The position numbers and the translations under genes were made by a program. The notes beneath the pieces were generated by a model, which was not told the DNA's origin, made no database searches, and saw only the letters and a list, made by a program, of their open reading frames with translations. From Microthyrium microscopicum (Eukaryota), in NCBI GenBank assembly GCA_010405405.1, contig MU004245.1:313256-377255 (forward strand): 64,000 bases of DNA, read 5' to 3'. The first letter of the stretch is position 1. Every line of letters starts with the position of its first letter. Positions 1 through 11,872 of this stretch are shown here, piece by piece.

Positions 1-1072
1 GTCACGGTGGGGAAGGATTTTATGCTCTCTGCCCCAACGTGGCTGCTCCTAAACCTTTGTTGTGGTCAGTCATCTTATCATTTCTTGCTCTCCTGTAACT
101 GACAATGTCTAGGGCCCATCCAAAGCTTATCGGCCTCGGCTTCAGCGTATTTTCGACTATCATCGTCGTAGAATCATTAGGCAGTCCTTTGATGCGCTCT
201 GCTTCTGTCATCATAGGCCTGGCAGTCGGATGTATCATCTCGGCTTGTACTGGCTATTGGTCGATGACCGAGATCAAGGCTGCTCCAGTCGCAACATTTC
301 CATGGGTTCACACCTTCAAACTCTCTGTTGATGGAGCGCTAGTTCTTCCGCTCATAATCATGTTCGCATGTCAAGCAGTGAGCTGCATGCCAGATATTCT
401 AGCCACTGCCGAGATCTCAGGGGTAGAGATTGAGGGTTCCTCTTTCAACAGCAGAGTGCAAGGAGGAATCCTATGTGACGGCCTGGGTTCGTTCCTTTCT
501 GCTCTTGCAACCGGTCCTCCAATGGTCAGTCAGGCAGGAAACAACGGAACTATCGTTTTGACAAGCTGTGCGGTAAGTGATCAGTTCTGATTATCCGAAG
601 CAAGTGACTGATATCCTTTCAGAGTCGTCGCGCTGGCTGGGCCGCTTCCGCTATTCTCATTCTCATGGGATTATTTGGAAAATTTGGCGCTGTGTTCGCC
701 TCTATGCCACCAAGTGTGCTGGGTGGAATGCAGGTCTTCCTATACAGCACCATTGCCGTTGCCGGAGTACGTGTTCTTGGCCTGATTGATTGGACACGAC
801 GAGACAGATTTATTCTCACCGCTGCTCTGGGAATTGGTTTCATCGACATTGTCCAGCCTACTTGGTTCTCTCAAATCTTGGCATATTCTGGAGACAATGT
901 TCACCTTGCGGGCCTCGAACAGGGCCTCAATCTCATCGTGGAAACTCCTTTTGTTGTTGCAGCATTTGTCGGTGTATTTCTGAACCTCGTTCTCTCGAAG
1001 GACAAGAGCGCCATGGATTCAAGATACGGAGACGAACACAAACATCCAGTGATAGGATCTGTATCTGAATAG
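1..1072 (+). CDS. NCS2/NAT family (UapA/UapC-like) permease, 5'-truncated by window; non-canonical substrate site
   Basis: Introns 65-112 and 573-622 join ORFs 105..590 and 665..1072; many TM segments; signature-like QAGNNGTIVLTSCASRRAG, KFGAVFASMPPSVLGG, TRRDRFILTAAL typical of fungal xanthine/uracil permeases. Confidence 0.9.
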
Positions 1073-1200
1073 ATCTCCTTTTGTAGCCGTCTCATTTTCA
1101 ATACAAGATTTAGAAGAGAATGCTCAATCTCTTCATGTTGATAATGTCATAAAGTAATGTTTCACGTTCCAATGCATTCAGCCCGTAGCTGCCCTTACTT

Positions 1201-3217
1201 CTAGTTATATCGGACCTCACCTGCTCCTTCTCTGAACCAGTCGTCGTTTTGAAGACTTTCTTCAGTTGTCGCAAAGTTAATTATGGTACTTTTCATCCTC
1301 GTATACGTGTGGTAGGCGTCTGAGTTCGGTTAGCTCTTTGGGATTCGCAGTGATCGAATAATTTACCAATCCCGTTTTCACTGCCAACACCAGAACTGCC
1401 CATCCCGCCCCATGGACTCGAAGGATCATTACGGTGGTGGGTATTGACTGTACGCTTAAATAAGAACATTTCGGTGGCTGCATTTATTACTCACCCCATG
1501 TGATACCAGCATCAATCTGAGCTGCTATTCTGTACGCTTGAGATAGATCGGTTGTCCATAACGCGGCACCGAGTCCAAACTCGCTATCATTTGCGAGATT
1601 TACTGCCTCGTCCTCATCATCAAATCCAACGACAACAATCACGGGTCCAAAGGCTTCTTCTTTCCATATCCGTGTGTCCTTAATCTTTGCTTCTGGGCCA
1701 TCAATTAAGACAGTTGGTGGATAGTAATATCCTCTTTCGAAGTCGATGTCGTCAAGCTTTGATGTTCCGCTCAATCTTTGGCCTCCACAAAGCAGACGAG
1801 CCCCCTGATTTAAAGAACTATCAACTATGTCGATCACATTATTCAGTTGTCGTAACGAAACTATTGGGCCCATTAAGCAGCTATTGTTGGCAGGCGATCC
1901 CATACGATTTCGTATCAAATCGCACTTTGCTTCTAGCTTAGCAAGGATATCGGCTTTGATCGAGTTTTGAACCAGAATTCGTGTGGCTGCTATGCACGTC
2001 TGGAGACAGATCAGCAAGAATGGAAGTATGTGGAAACACATTTTACCTGGCCTGAGGCAATAAAGGAGCCAAATGCAATTCCATTCACCGCGAGATCAAC
2101 ATCTGCTTTTTCTTGTTCATGTCAGTCTGTTCAAGTCCTCTACGAGAGTATGGCCTTACCAAAGACAATGAGTGGGGCTTTTCCGCCCAACTCTGCAGTA
2201 TACATGTTCAGTTTTTGGCCAGCAATGGCACCGATTGCCCTTCCTGCAGCGGTGCTACCCTACGAAATCAATGAGCACATGATACTTCAAGGGAAAGGGA
2301 CCTTCACCGTAACATCGATCTTGTTGACCAAGGGATGTTCCACGAGGGCCTTGCCAGTGTCTAGGCCGTAGCCCACTACCACGTTGAAGACACCATCCGG
2401 AACTGCAGTCCATCAGCTTGTTCCGTCTTCTTGAAAGATCGGACATCTTACGCCCGGCGTCCTTGAACAGCTTTCCTAGTAAAATCGTAGTAATGGGAGT
2501 GAGCTCAGATGGTTTCACCACTATTGAGTTTCCTGCTGCAAGAGCCGGCGCTATTTTTTTCGTTGCAATCAATAAAGGATGGTTGCTATATCCGTCCGGT
2601 CAGTATATTGCTCAGGTTTTACCACATTCTTTGTGCGTACAATGGTGTAATTTGTGCGACAACTCCAATTGGCACCCTATCAATCCAGTTGTGGAGTTTG
2701 CCAGCCATGGGAAGGACCGATCTCTCCTCAATTCGAATCAAAGACGCGTAATACTTGAACCATTTAACCAATGATGGGACTTGAGCTTTCATCTCTCGAT
2801 TAGCTCGTCCAGTCTGTTTGACTTCAAGGGCGATCAGAGCACTGAGATTTGCATCAAATTGCTCAGCAATCTTGTCCAGTATATCGGCACGAACATTACG
2901 GGGTGCTTTAGACCATACTCCAGACTTGTAAGCCTTATGGGCTGCTTGTACAGCCTGGTCTACATCTTTTGATGATGCTCCGTCACATCTGTGTGTCGTG
3001 AGTACTACTTTGTTCAGACCGTCTAGTCAGTAAGTTATTGATGTTCAGCTTACGTCGCAAAAACTTCTCCAGTCGAAGGGTCCTCTACCGGAATCCTGGT
3101 GGTCTAGTGTTAGATATTGAGTTGTAGCAGCGTATGTTATGGTCGAGAAACCAACTCTTTTCCTGTTCCTGGCCATTCAGCACCACCAATCCACATGTGA
3201 TATCTCGTTGATGCCAT
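1201..3217 (-). CDS. Aldehyde dehydrogenase (multi-intron)
   Basis: Spliced translation MASTRYHMWIGG..QITPFNHPLLIATKKIAPALAAGN..KPSELTP..ELGGKAP..SGQTCIAATR..EEAFGPV..HHRNDPSSPWGG..DDWFREGAGEVRYN*; catalytic Glu and Cys motifs present. Confidence 0.92.
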
Positions 3218-3613
3218 GATAAGGGAAGGCACCATTCAACAGTTGATTGACGCGCTTGCTTCGTCCTTGTGATCCAAGCCTACAGTTCGGTTTGGTTGAT
3301 GGAGAGGAAGAAATAAAATACACTAACAGGAGTTACCAAGCTTTGTCATGTATGTGATAATGGTGGTGGAACCGATAGATACGCCATCTCCAGCCAGCCT
3401 AGGAATTGCGAGGGAGGTGCAGCTTGCATCTCCGAAACTCCGCCCGGGTGGGGAAGCTTTCCCAAAAACACCCACGCCTCCCACCTCACGACAACAATGC
3501 TGTTACGAGCTCCCATCTACTCAAGGACCTATTTAAGTCGTATTTGGTACTCCTCCAATCTTATCGTATCTACTCGCCTCGCGTTCCCTTCTTATTTTTC
3601 AACTTCATCCAGA

Positions 3614-4400
3614 ATGGCAACCCTCCAACCCCCTGAAGAAGAAGTCAAGAGCAAGGGACACAAACGAACCATATCTCGTTATCTTCAGCAGTCCCATGAA
3701 CACATCTTTGAAAATAACAGAAAATGGGTCGAGGATAAGAAGAACAAGGATGAAAACTTCTTTGAGAAACTCGCAGCTGGTCAAAGTCCAGAATACCTGT
3801 AAGATCCAGTCCTTACAATCCGCATTATCACTTGCTCATTGTATAAACAGCTACATAGGTTGCGCTGATTCTCGAGTCCCAGCAAACGAGATCATGGGCC
3901 TTGAGGCTGGAGAGATCTTCGTTCATCGCAACATTGCCAACTTGGTGCCCAACACCGACCTCAACGTTATGAGCGTCATCAATTATGCCGTTCGCCATTT
4001 GAAAGTGAAGCACATTATTGTTTGTGGACATTACCAGTGTGGTGGTGTTCAGGCTGCGCTCACCCCGGCCGATCTCGGAATTTTGAACCCCTGGCTGAGA
4101 ACTATCAGAGACGTTTATCGCCTGCATGAGACGGAGCTTGATGCCATTGCCGATGACACGGCTAAATATAGGCGATTGATCGAACTCAATGTGATCGAGT
4201 CGGCAAGAAACATCATCAAGACGGCAGCCGTACAGCAGAGTTATCAGGACAATCAATATCCAATTGTCCATGGATGGGTTTTCGATCTCAAAGATGGATT
4301 GCTCAAAGACCTCGAGGTTGACTTTGAAAAAGAGCTACAAAGCATCAAGAAAATTTATAACTTGGCTCAAGGCCCTGATCGGAGAGCTAGTACTGTCTAA
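3614..4400 (+). CDS. Beta-class carbonic anhydrase (Nce103/Can-like)
   Basis: Intron 3799-3850; Zn ligands in CADSR and GHYQCGG; FVHRNIAN; VHGWVFD. Confidence 0.95.
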
Positions 4401-5346
4401 GAAATGCGGAGCCCGAAACCAGTGTTAAATACGGCAAGCCTTTCATACCCATCGTTTCACGGCCAATTGAGACGCATACCTGGTCGACTATTATTTCGAG
4501 ACCACCAACTCACACTTGTGCTTTCAAAGTTCTTCTATTATCTATTTCGATATCGACACCGGCATTGATCGACGAATGACTCGCTTCCTACTTCCGAACG
4601 ACATACTTATCTTGTCATCCTTGTCCAAAAATCGCCGTGATTTTCCGAAGAATCAAGCTTCAGGACGACTAGCGTATGACCAGACAGCCTTATGCCCTTC
4701 AGCCTAACAAACAACCTATCAATTTCCATAGCAAGCCTTTTTAGGTAGAATAAATCAAAGCGCCCCATACACAAATCATCACGGCTTTTGCCATCGCACC
4801 TAATGTTTGGATCCAAATTGATTCCTGCAGGTGCAAACCAATTTTCTGGAAAAGAACACGCCTTCCAGCTCTTTTTCGGATAGCAGATACGGATATGAGT
4901 TCGATATTTTGAGCAATTGTGAGACTAAGCGAGCACGGCGAACAAGATCTGAGACCATTTATCAAGCTACCACATGCTATCTAGGTTCTGCCATGGTAGT
5001 CGCTGATGTTAGCTTCAAAATACTAAGGTACAGGCAGTACGCAATCAGCTCACTTGAGATCTTTTAATTTCCGCTAAGATGTGAGATTAGTAGAGGCTCA
5101 AAATCAGGTGAAATACATACCAATAAGCACTTCCTTATCTTCCTGTAAGCTATATGTACTCATACCTCATAGTTACCCACTCATTCCCCGCAGGAGGAAC
5201 TAAAATAGTTTAAGCCGTGATCTTGCAACAATCTCAACCGCTTGAGCTTCTTGACAATTGCCACAATTCGTCCGTGATCACGTTCTTTATTCGGGAGAGA
5301 ACTCGACCTAACTCTAGTTTCTAAGGTGTTTTCCAGGCATAGAACC

Positions 5347-6792
5347 ATGAACAGCACTCTTGATTGGTCCCGATATGATGATGTCGCTGGCCAGCTACCT
5401 TCACTCCAAGGCTATGTGCAGCTTTGTCTCTTCTTTCCACTGGACACTACGGAAGAAAACAAAAGAGACGTTACCGCTTTGATGCATGCTTCCGCGGTTA
5501 AGCTGTCACTTCTGTGCCCATGGATATCCGGCCAAGTGCTCAACGAAGGTCGTACGCCAAACAACTCCGGAGTATTCAAGATCCGGCCATATCGAGAAGC
5601 TGGTACTGGGTTCGACATCATAGTCAAAGTTCACGAGAAACTTACATTTCAGGCCTTCATTGACAAGCGAGTACCGATGAGCATGTTGGATGGACAGGAA
5701 ATCTCACCAGGCAGAGACCTCACAGCACCATACGATTTGTCAAGCAATCCCATTCCTGTGTTAGTTTTACAAATAAACTATATGCATGGGGGGGCTATTT
5801 TGACTTTTGCTGGAGCTCATAACGCCCTTGATGGGACTGGGTTGGGACGAATAGTCGATCTCTTCGGACGATTATGTCACGGAGGCATCATCAAGGAAGG
5901 CGAAATCGAGTGGGCCAACAGGCACAGGAAGAGTCTTACGACACTACAGCAATCTGACGATGATACACAGTATCGTCAGATGTTGACCATAGATTCTGAC
6001 TCCAAGAATGAAGCAAAGCCTCCCAAAACGACACAGAGTCGAGCATCAGTTGCAACGACATGGGCATACATTCACTTCTCTGGGGATAAACTGGCTCAAA
6101 TGAAGAAACTTGCGAGCCAAGGCTTACATCCAAGTCTTTCAGAGACTCCCACCGGAACTAAAGATCAAAGTGCAAGCAATAATAGGCCGAAATGGATCTC
6201 TACAGATGATGCATTATCTGCCTTTCTTTGGCAACGCATTGCAGCGTCTCGAGCTTCCCGTTATACAGGAAGCAGTCCAGATGCCAGTAAAACCATACTT
6301 TGTCGGGCTGTCAATGCAAGACCTCAGTTACAACTCACAGGATCATCTTTTTATCTAGGTCATATGGTCACTTGCACGCGCACCTCGATTCCTTTACAAG
6401 CCCTCCGGACGCAACCACTTGCAGCCGTCGCATCAAAATTGCGTAAAAGCTTAACGGAAGAGAACGAGCATACGTTAAGAAGCTACCTCAGTTTCATTGA
6501 CTCGTATAAAGATAAAAGTCTTATCAGTTTCACGACGCGCATGGATTTTTCTCGGGATGTCTTGTTCTCCTCTTGGGCTGGAATGAATACTTACAGCGTT
6601 GATTTTGGACCCTTATTGCAGTTCCCATGCTGTATTAGAAGGCCAAGGTGGTCATCCGCTGAAGGTTTTGTGTATTTGATGCCAAAAGCGCGAGATCAGA
6701 GCATAGATGCTGCTATATGCTTACACAACGAGGACTGGGAGGTGTTGAGGGAAGATGAAACTCTTGAAGAGTTTGGAGAGTATATCGGATAG
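5347..6792 (+). CDS. CoA-dependent acyltransferase, Tri101/trichothecene 3-O-acetyltransferase-like (transferase family)
   Basis: Intronless ~481 aa; HNALDG (HxxxDG) catalytic motif, WISTDDALSAFLW, C-terminal SSW..VDFG..IRRP..EGFVYLMPK. Confidence 0.88.
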   Translation: MNSTLDWSRYDDVAGQLPSLQGYVQLCLFFPLDTTEENKRDVTALMHASAVKLSLLCPWISGQVLNEGRTPNNSGVFKIRPYREAGTGFDIIVKVHEKLTFQAFIDKRVPMSMLDGQEISPGRDLTAPYDLSSNPIPVLVLQINYMHGGAILTFAGAHNALDGTGLGRIVDLFGRLCHGGIIKEGEIEWANRHRKSLTTLQQSDDDTQYRQMLTIDSDSKNEAKPPKTTQSRASVATTWAYIHFSGDKLAQMKKLASQGLHPSLSETPTGTKDQSASNNRPKWISTDDALSAFLWQRIAASRASRYTGSSPDASKTILCRAVNARPQLQLTGSSFYLGHMVTCTRTSIPLQALRTQPLAAVASKLRKSLTEENEHTLRSYLSFIDSYKDKSLISFTTRMDFSRDVLFSSWAGMNTYSVDFGPLLQFPCCIRRPRWSSAEGFVYLMPKARDQSIDAAICLHNEDWEVLREDETLEEFGEYIG

Positions 6793-8995
6793 AAGGACAG
6801 TAGATTATTACACATCAAAACAGCAATCAAGCGAATTCGCAGACAAGTAAAATTGTCAACGTCTACTAAAACCTAGGATTCTTTGCTCAACTTCATGTCT
6901 GCTACCTCTGCTACGATGCCAGGCAACATGTTTGACCTTCATAGCACTGTCATAGTCGCAGTAAATGCGATGTTTGCATCACTAAACGTGGATTGATCGA
7001 CACTAGACAAAATAGCTCACTCCATTACTCCGATATTATTCTAGCACGGTGCTTGTGAGATCTTATGTGACTTCAAAACAGGCCGGACAACGCAGATGGA
7101 CTGACTTAGGTAGGTATGCATACTTTGTGTGAATTGGATGAAACGGGATGAATGTTCGATCATTAAGCCTTTCTTCAGACTCGGATTTTCACCCACTCGG
7201 TTTGATATACTGTCTAAGTTATAGCCAAGTATGGCCAAGAGTCTGTTAGAGATATAGTGTATACTTGACTGTGGCCAGTACCCAGGGCTCCCTATGGCAG
7301 TGAATGGCTCACAATTTGATTATTGTTTCCTGTTTCTTGCTTTCAGCCTGCCAGCAGATTGCCGAATCTAGATAACGAAATCAAAAGCTTCTTTCGATTC
7401 TTATAAAATAGCTACTAACTTGGTCTCCTCGTTTTCGCTTTCACTCATATGGTTGATCATGGTAGGTAATGATGTGGATCCCAGCTTCTTTATACATAAC
7501 AATAAATTTGTATTAGTAGGAAGGTTTGATCTTTCTCTAGCATCCAATTAGAGAATAGCTAGCTCGTTTTCCCTGTCCTTCTGTTGTTATCCTTGACAGT
7601 TCCTGCATGTGAAGCTCCGGGATAGAGTATTTTTTCATATACTTGACCTATATCTTGGCCAGACATAGCAGGGGCCAGTGCATAGAATAGACCATTATTG
7701 CATATTAGAAGTATTCATAAGGCTCAGCCGAAGGACTGAGCCAGGCAAAACCGATAGCAAATACATCCTAGGATTCCCCATGTTTGTAACAAAAAACTCC
7801 AGTTAACATGCCAATGCTTTAAAAACCATGCAAGCTCGATCCAAGCACTTTTTCCACTTGAAGTTATGTTAAAAGATCAATGCATGATATTGTCAATATA
7901 TTATAATAGCCTCATTAGAGCCAACAGAAACACCAATCATTGTGAAATGTATATTCATCTGTTACGAAGTCATCGAGCTGTTCATCGTTCAAGGTGTACT
8001 AGATTCGACGAAGGAAAGCAGTAGACTTGCCACTTGTTGGAATCTTCGCGGCGAAAAGCACCATGGTCATTATTTTTAAGTTGTCTAACTGCTACTTTTC
8101 TTCTTGATGGATCCTTGACAAGGACGCCTTGGCCCTATTGTCGTTCCATAACCTAAGGGCGCTTGAATTTGAATAGCCTCGTGTAGTATGCCCTCTTGTT
8201 CCTCAGATAATCACAGAATCGCCTTCGACCACTTCTTCATTCCAAAGACCCGGGAAATAGGTTGATACACGCCGATTCAATTTACAACCGGGAGCCGCCA
8301 CGAGTTTTTTGGCACCAGCGTCAGGGTCTCCCAAAGCGTAGAGACCTGGACCACTTTATTTTCATACTATCTGGAGGAAATTCGCAGATTTATCTATTTG
8401 GTCTTGCCCCGGTTCTGCCCCAATTGCTCCGCCGTCAAATTCATCTTCCGTCTCTAACTCGGACTCTTCTTCTTCTGCTCTTAACAGACTGATCCCATAC
8501 ACTACTGCGAGAGAATTGCGTTGAGTCGCAAAAGCACAAACTAATGTCAGCATTTCAACAATAAACGAAAAAGACTTTACGTGGATATTTTACGAACGAT
8601 TGCTTAAGCCGCGGGCTAGCTTACAGCATCAAGGGTGAACAGACATTGGTAGAGCATATCAAAAATTCTGGACATTGGCAAAGGCTCTGCCAATAATTCT
8701 CAAGCACACATGAAGCAATAAAGATATGTATGTGGAGATACTTCATCACTCTATACTTCAATTGTTCGAGATGCCCATCTTTCAATGGGACGTTGTCGTA
8801 ATGATCCACTGACATGAATCGCAGACACCGATCGGGTGTTTTATCTTCTGCTCCCTGTAGCAAATCGTTCCGAGTGCGAGTTTTACAAGATCTTATTCCG
8901 AAGCAACCGTCTTAATACATTCAATGAAAAGCCACTGGCTTGGATAATTACTTGGAGTCGATCGGGTTTTGGTTGTCGAAAGTCAGTCGAATAGG

Positions 8996-10729
8996 ATGAA
9001 TTCGCGTGGTGAGAGGCTTCGAAAGCCTCAAGCCCATGCGATTGAAAGATTATATGTCACAACAGTGACTCAACAACTGAAGAAGAGGAGTACCGTAACG
9101 GTTATCGAGGAAGCCGCGCAAACCGTCTACATTTCAGTTCAACCAAATGGGGATGCATCAACTGTGTCAATTCAGGAATCTTCGCCAACTCCTGTGCCAT
9201 TTATAGTTGCACCCATTCCACGTAAGTACCGACATGTTGATGGAGATTATGCTGTATCTTCTGGTCGATTCGAGTCCATATAGCTCACAAACTACTTACA
9301 GTCCCAACGCCTGCGACTGAGCCACCACCTCCTCCTCCTCCTCCTCCACCACCACCACCACCGCCGCCTCCTGCTGCTCCAGTTCCTACTCCGGCGCCAG
9401 CGCCAGCACCCGCTCCAGCACCCGCTCCAGCCCCAGCTCCAGCTCCAGCTCCAGCGCCCGCACCTGCACCCGCACCTGCAGCGGCACCGCCAGTATCTCC
9501 TCCACCAGCAGCAGTTCCACCGCCTCCAGCAGCTCCAGCAGCGGTACCTCCAGCTTCCAATGCCCCCTCATCAGCCGGAGGAAGTTCCAACCCTCCTTCT
9601 TCGGGCCCAAACAGGCCCGCTAGCTCAAACACTCCAGTAGTGCCGGTTCCTCCTATTTCCAGTCCATCAGCTGAACCAAAAGGTATGTGGCTCAGGTAAT
9701 AGTCATTCAGAATATTACTGACCGTATTCAGCGAGTGAACCGCTAGAGAGCGCCTCCACGGCGTTTCCAGCACCAACAGAGAATGTATCAAGCATCGGAT
9801 TACTACCGACATCGACCAGTGTACCAGGCCCACCAGTGGGACTACCAACCAAGCCGGCAGCAGCTCAGTCAGCTACAGTCGGAGGAGGCAGTACTCCAAA
9901 AACAGCAGTAGTAGCAGGTTCTGTGGTTGGAGCTGTTGGCGGTGTAACGTTGCTCCTTCTTCTGCTCTTGTTATGCGTAAGATGGCGACGTCATCGTAAG
10001 GAAGTCAACTATCCGCAATCACCAAACGGATCAAGAACAAACCTTCACGGGCGAACATCAGGGATGGCTATGATGCAAGATGGGGAGACTGGCGAGAAAC
10101 ACCGGACCTATATTCCTTCTGGAGTGATATTCGGAAATGCTCCTCCTACCAGAGACTCCCACTCTCCCAATCGCTCGTCTTCGCCCACATTAGGAAATAG
10201 TCCAAAGGAGAGAAATGCCGCACTCGCATACGGTGCTATGGGAGATATCAGAGAGAACGACCCTTTTAGACCGCAGGAGTTTGGCCATGGCGCCATAGGA
10301 CGACAAACCGGTGTATCAATGGGCTCAAGCGACTATCACGACTCCTGGCCGACCCCTGGTGGCGCAGCAGCTCATCATGCGGCGCAGCAACGAGCAGCAG
10401 CAATGGGTTCGCCTTTCAACGATCCATCTCCGGAATATGATAACTCCATTCGGCCATTAAATATCGCTAGACCGGCATCGCCGGCAGAGATATGGCCCGG
10501 CCCTGGGGCTGCAGGTGCAATGCGCCCGCCAATTCCACAACCACTACGGCAAAGTCCCAGTCCTATTCCTCCAGTACCGCATCATCCAAGGCACACGGAT
10601 ATAGACAACTATCCTTTCAGGGGAAGATCAGCAAGTCCTGCGGATGGACATTTCGGTCCTCAGCCACCACCGCAGAGACAGGTTCGCAGTCCTACAGGAT
10701 TTGGATATGCGGGATCTGGCAGGCCATGA
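8996..10729 (+). CDS. Single-pass membrane protein with Pro/Ala-rich N-terminal stalk (cell-surface sensor-like architecture); start uncertain
   Basis: Introns 9222-9283 and 9683-9731 give one continuous frame through poly-Pro and (AP)n into TM VAGSVVGAVGGVTLLLLLLLLCV followed by RWRRHRK and a Pro/Ser-rich tail. Confidence 0.75.
9321..9490 (+). repeat. Coding microsatellites: CCA/CCT/CCG triplets (poly-Pro) and GCnCCn hexamers ((Ala-Pro)n)
   Basis: Directly visible low-complexity tandem repeats. Confidence 0.9.
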
Positions 10730-11188
10730 GCGCTTTCTTTTCTCATATATCGCATTCAATCATAATAATCTTTACCAATACATATGTTGTGGAATAAGGA
10801 TGGTTTATAATAGAGGAAGATTGCTTTAAAGTTGGTACCCATCAAAAATTTTGGTGTCGTTACCATGTTTTATTCTTGATCATATGTTTACTTTCAATGA
10901 GCATATCGCTAGTTGAAGAAGGAGTTGATGAGGCATAAATGACGAGAAGTCGTTCATATTTAAGCTTATGGCTGAATATCTATGGTGAATGTGGATAGAA
11001 ATGCAAAATAGTCTATAGTGATACATGGAGCTCTCGTTCGTAAAAGCATATCCAGCTTTCGGTAGCAGTATCATTTCCTCAATGTTGTACATTGCGCGTC
11101 CCGTTGGATCCCGTCCCAGAAACCGCTCATTATTTTTGTCCATAGCCACGTCTGAAGTATACAACATCGAGTGCCCGGTTGGCACCGT

Positions 11189-11872
11189 CTATGATATCAG
11201 GGCAATTTCTTCCTCCCACGACATTATCATATCAGCAATCTTCTGCACACGTCCTATCGACATGGCCTTGCCAGTTTCTGTCTTCATAAACTTGCCCACA
11301 GGCAGCAATCGTTTTCGGAACCACTTCACTCGCTCTTCCAATGAGTCATCCGGCTGGGTGGCACCAAACATACAGCATCTCATGATGCCAATACCGCCGA
11401 TACCGTCGAGACGGTCTGCATCTTGTACGATTGCAAGCTCTGGATGACGTTCCAGAGCAGCAACGACGGTCTCAGGGTGCGTAACCTCGTTGCTAAAAGA
11501 CACGTGAATTACAATGTCTTGCACGGCTTTGGCTAGCTCCATGCTGGCTCCAAGTTTTGTCAGCGTGTTTTTGCAGATTGTCGATGTAGTTTCTTTTGGC
11601 GGCAAGTATTTTGCGTATTTTCCATCGCCGACGTCGTGCATGAGGGCGGCGAGCTTCACTAGAGTCATGTCGTAATGTACTGATGGTTTGGAGGCTTGTT
11701 CGTTTTCGTATATATGATCGCAGAGTTTCAAAACACGCTGGATGTGCGTGTAATTGTGCGAAGGATCGTAGGGGAGCATGTAGTCTTTCACCCATGCCTC
11801 GACCTTCTCGAAGATGTGAGGTGGGTACTGGAATCGCTCGTGGGCCGATTGGATTGAACTTGAGCTAGTCAT
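11189..11872 (-). CDS. HD-domain metal-dependent phosphohydrolase (YedJ-like)
   Basis: DPSHNYTHIQRV, LAALMHDVGDGKY, VQDADRLDGIGGIGIMR motifs. Confidence 0.9.
   Translation of the reverse strand: MTSSSSIQSAHERFQYPPHIFEKVEAWVKDYMLPYDPSHNYTHIQRVLKLCDHIYENEQASKPSVHYDMTLVKLAALMHDVGDGKYAKYLPPKETTSTICKNTLTKLGASMELAKAVQDIVIHVSFSNEVTHPETVVAALERHPELAIVQDADRLDGIGGIGIMRCCMFGATQPDDSLEERVKWFRKRLLPVGKFMKTETGKAMSIGRVQKIADMIMSWEEEIALIS

Noticed and set aside
6800..8900. 2-kb relatively AT-rich gap, possible RIP-decayed element
   Set aside because: No terminal repeats, transposase/RT motifs or coherent frame could be identified by eye
9285..9848. 187-aa Gly/Ala-rich (silk-like GAGAGA) minus-strand ORF
   Set aside because: Antisense shadow of the poly-Pro/(AP)n exon; the plus strand has consistent splice sites and frame
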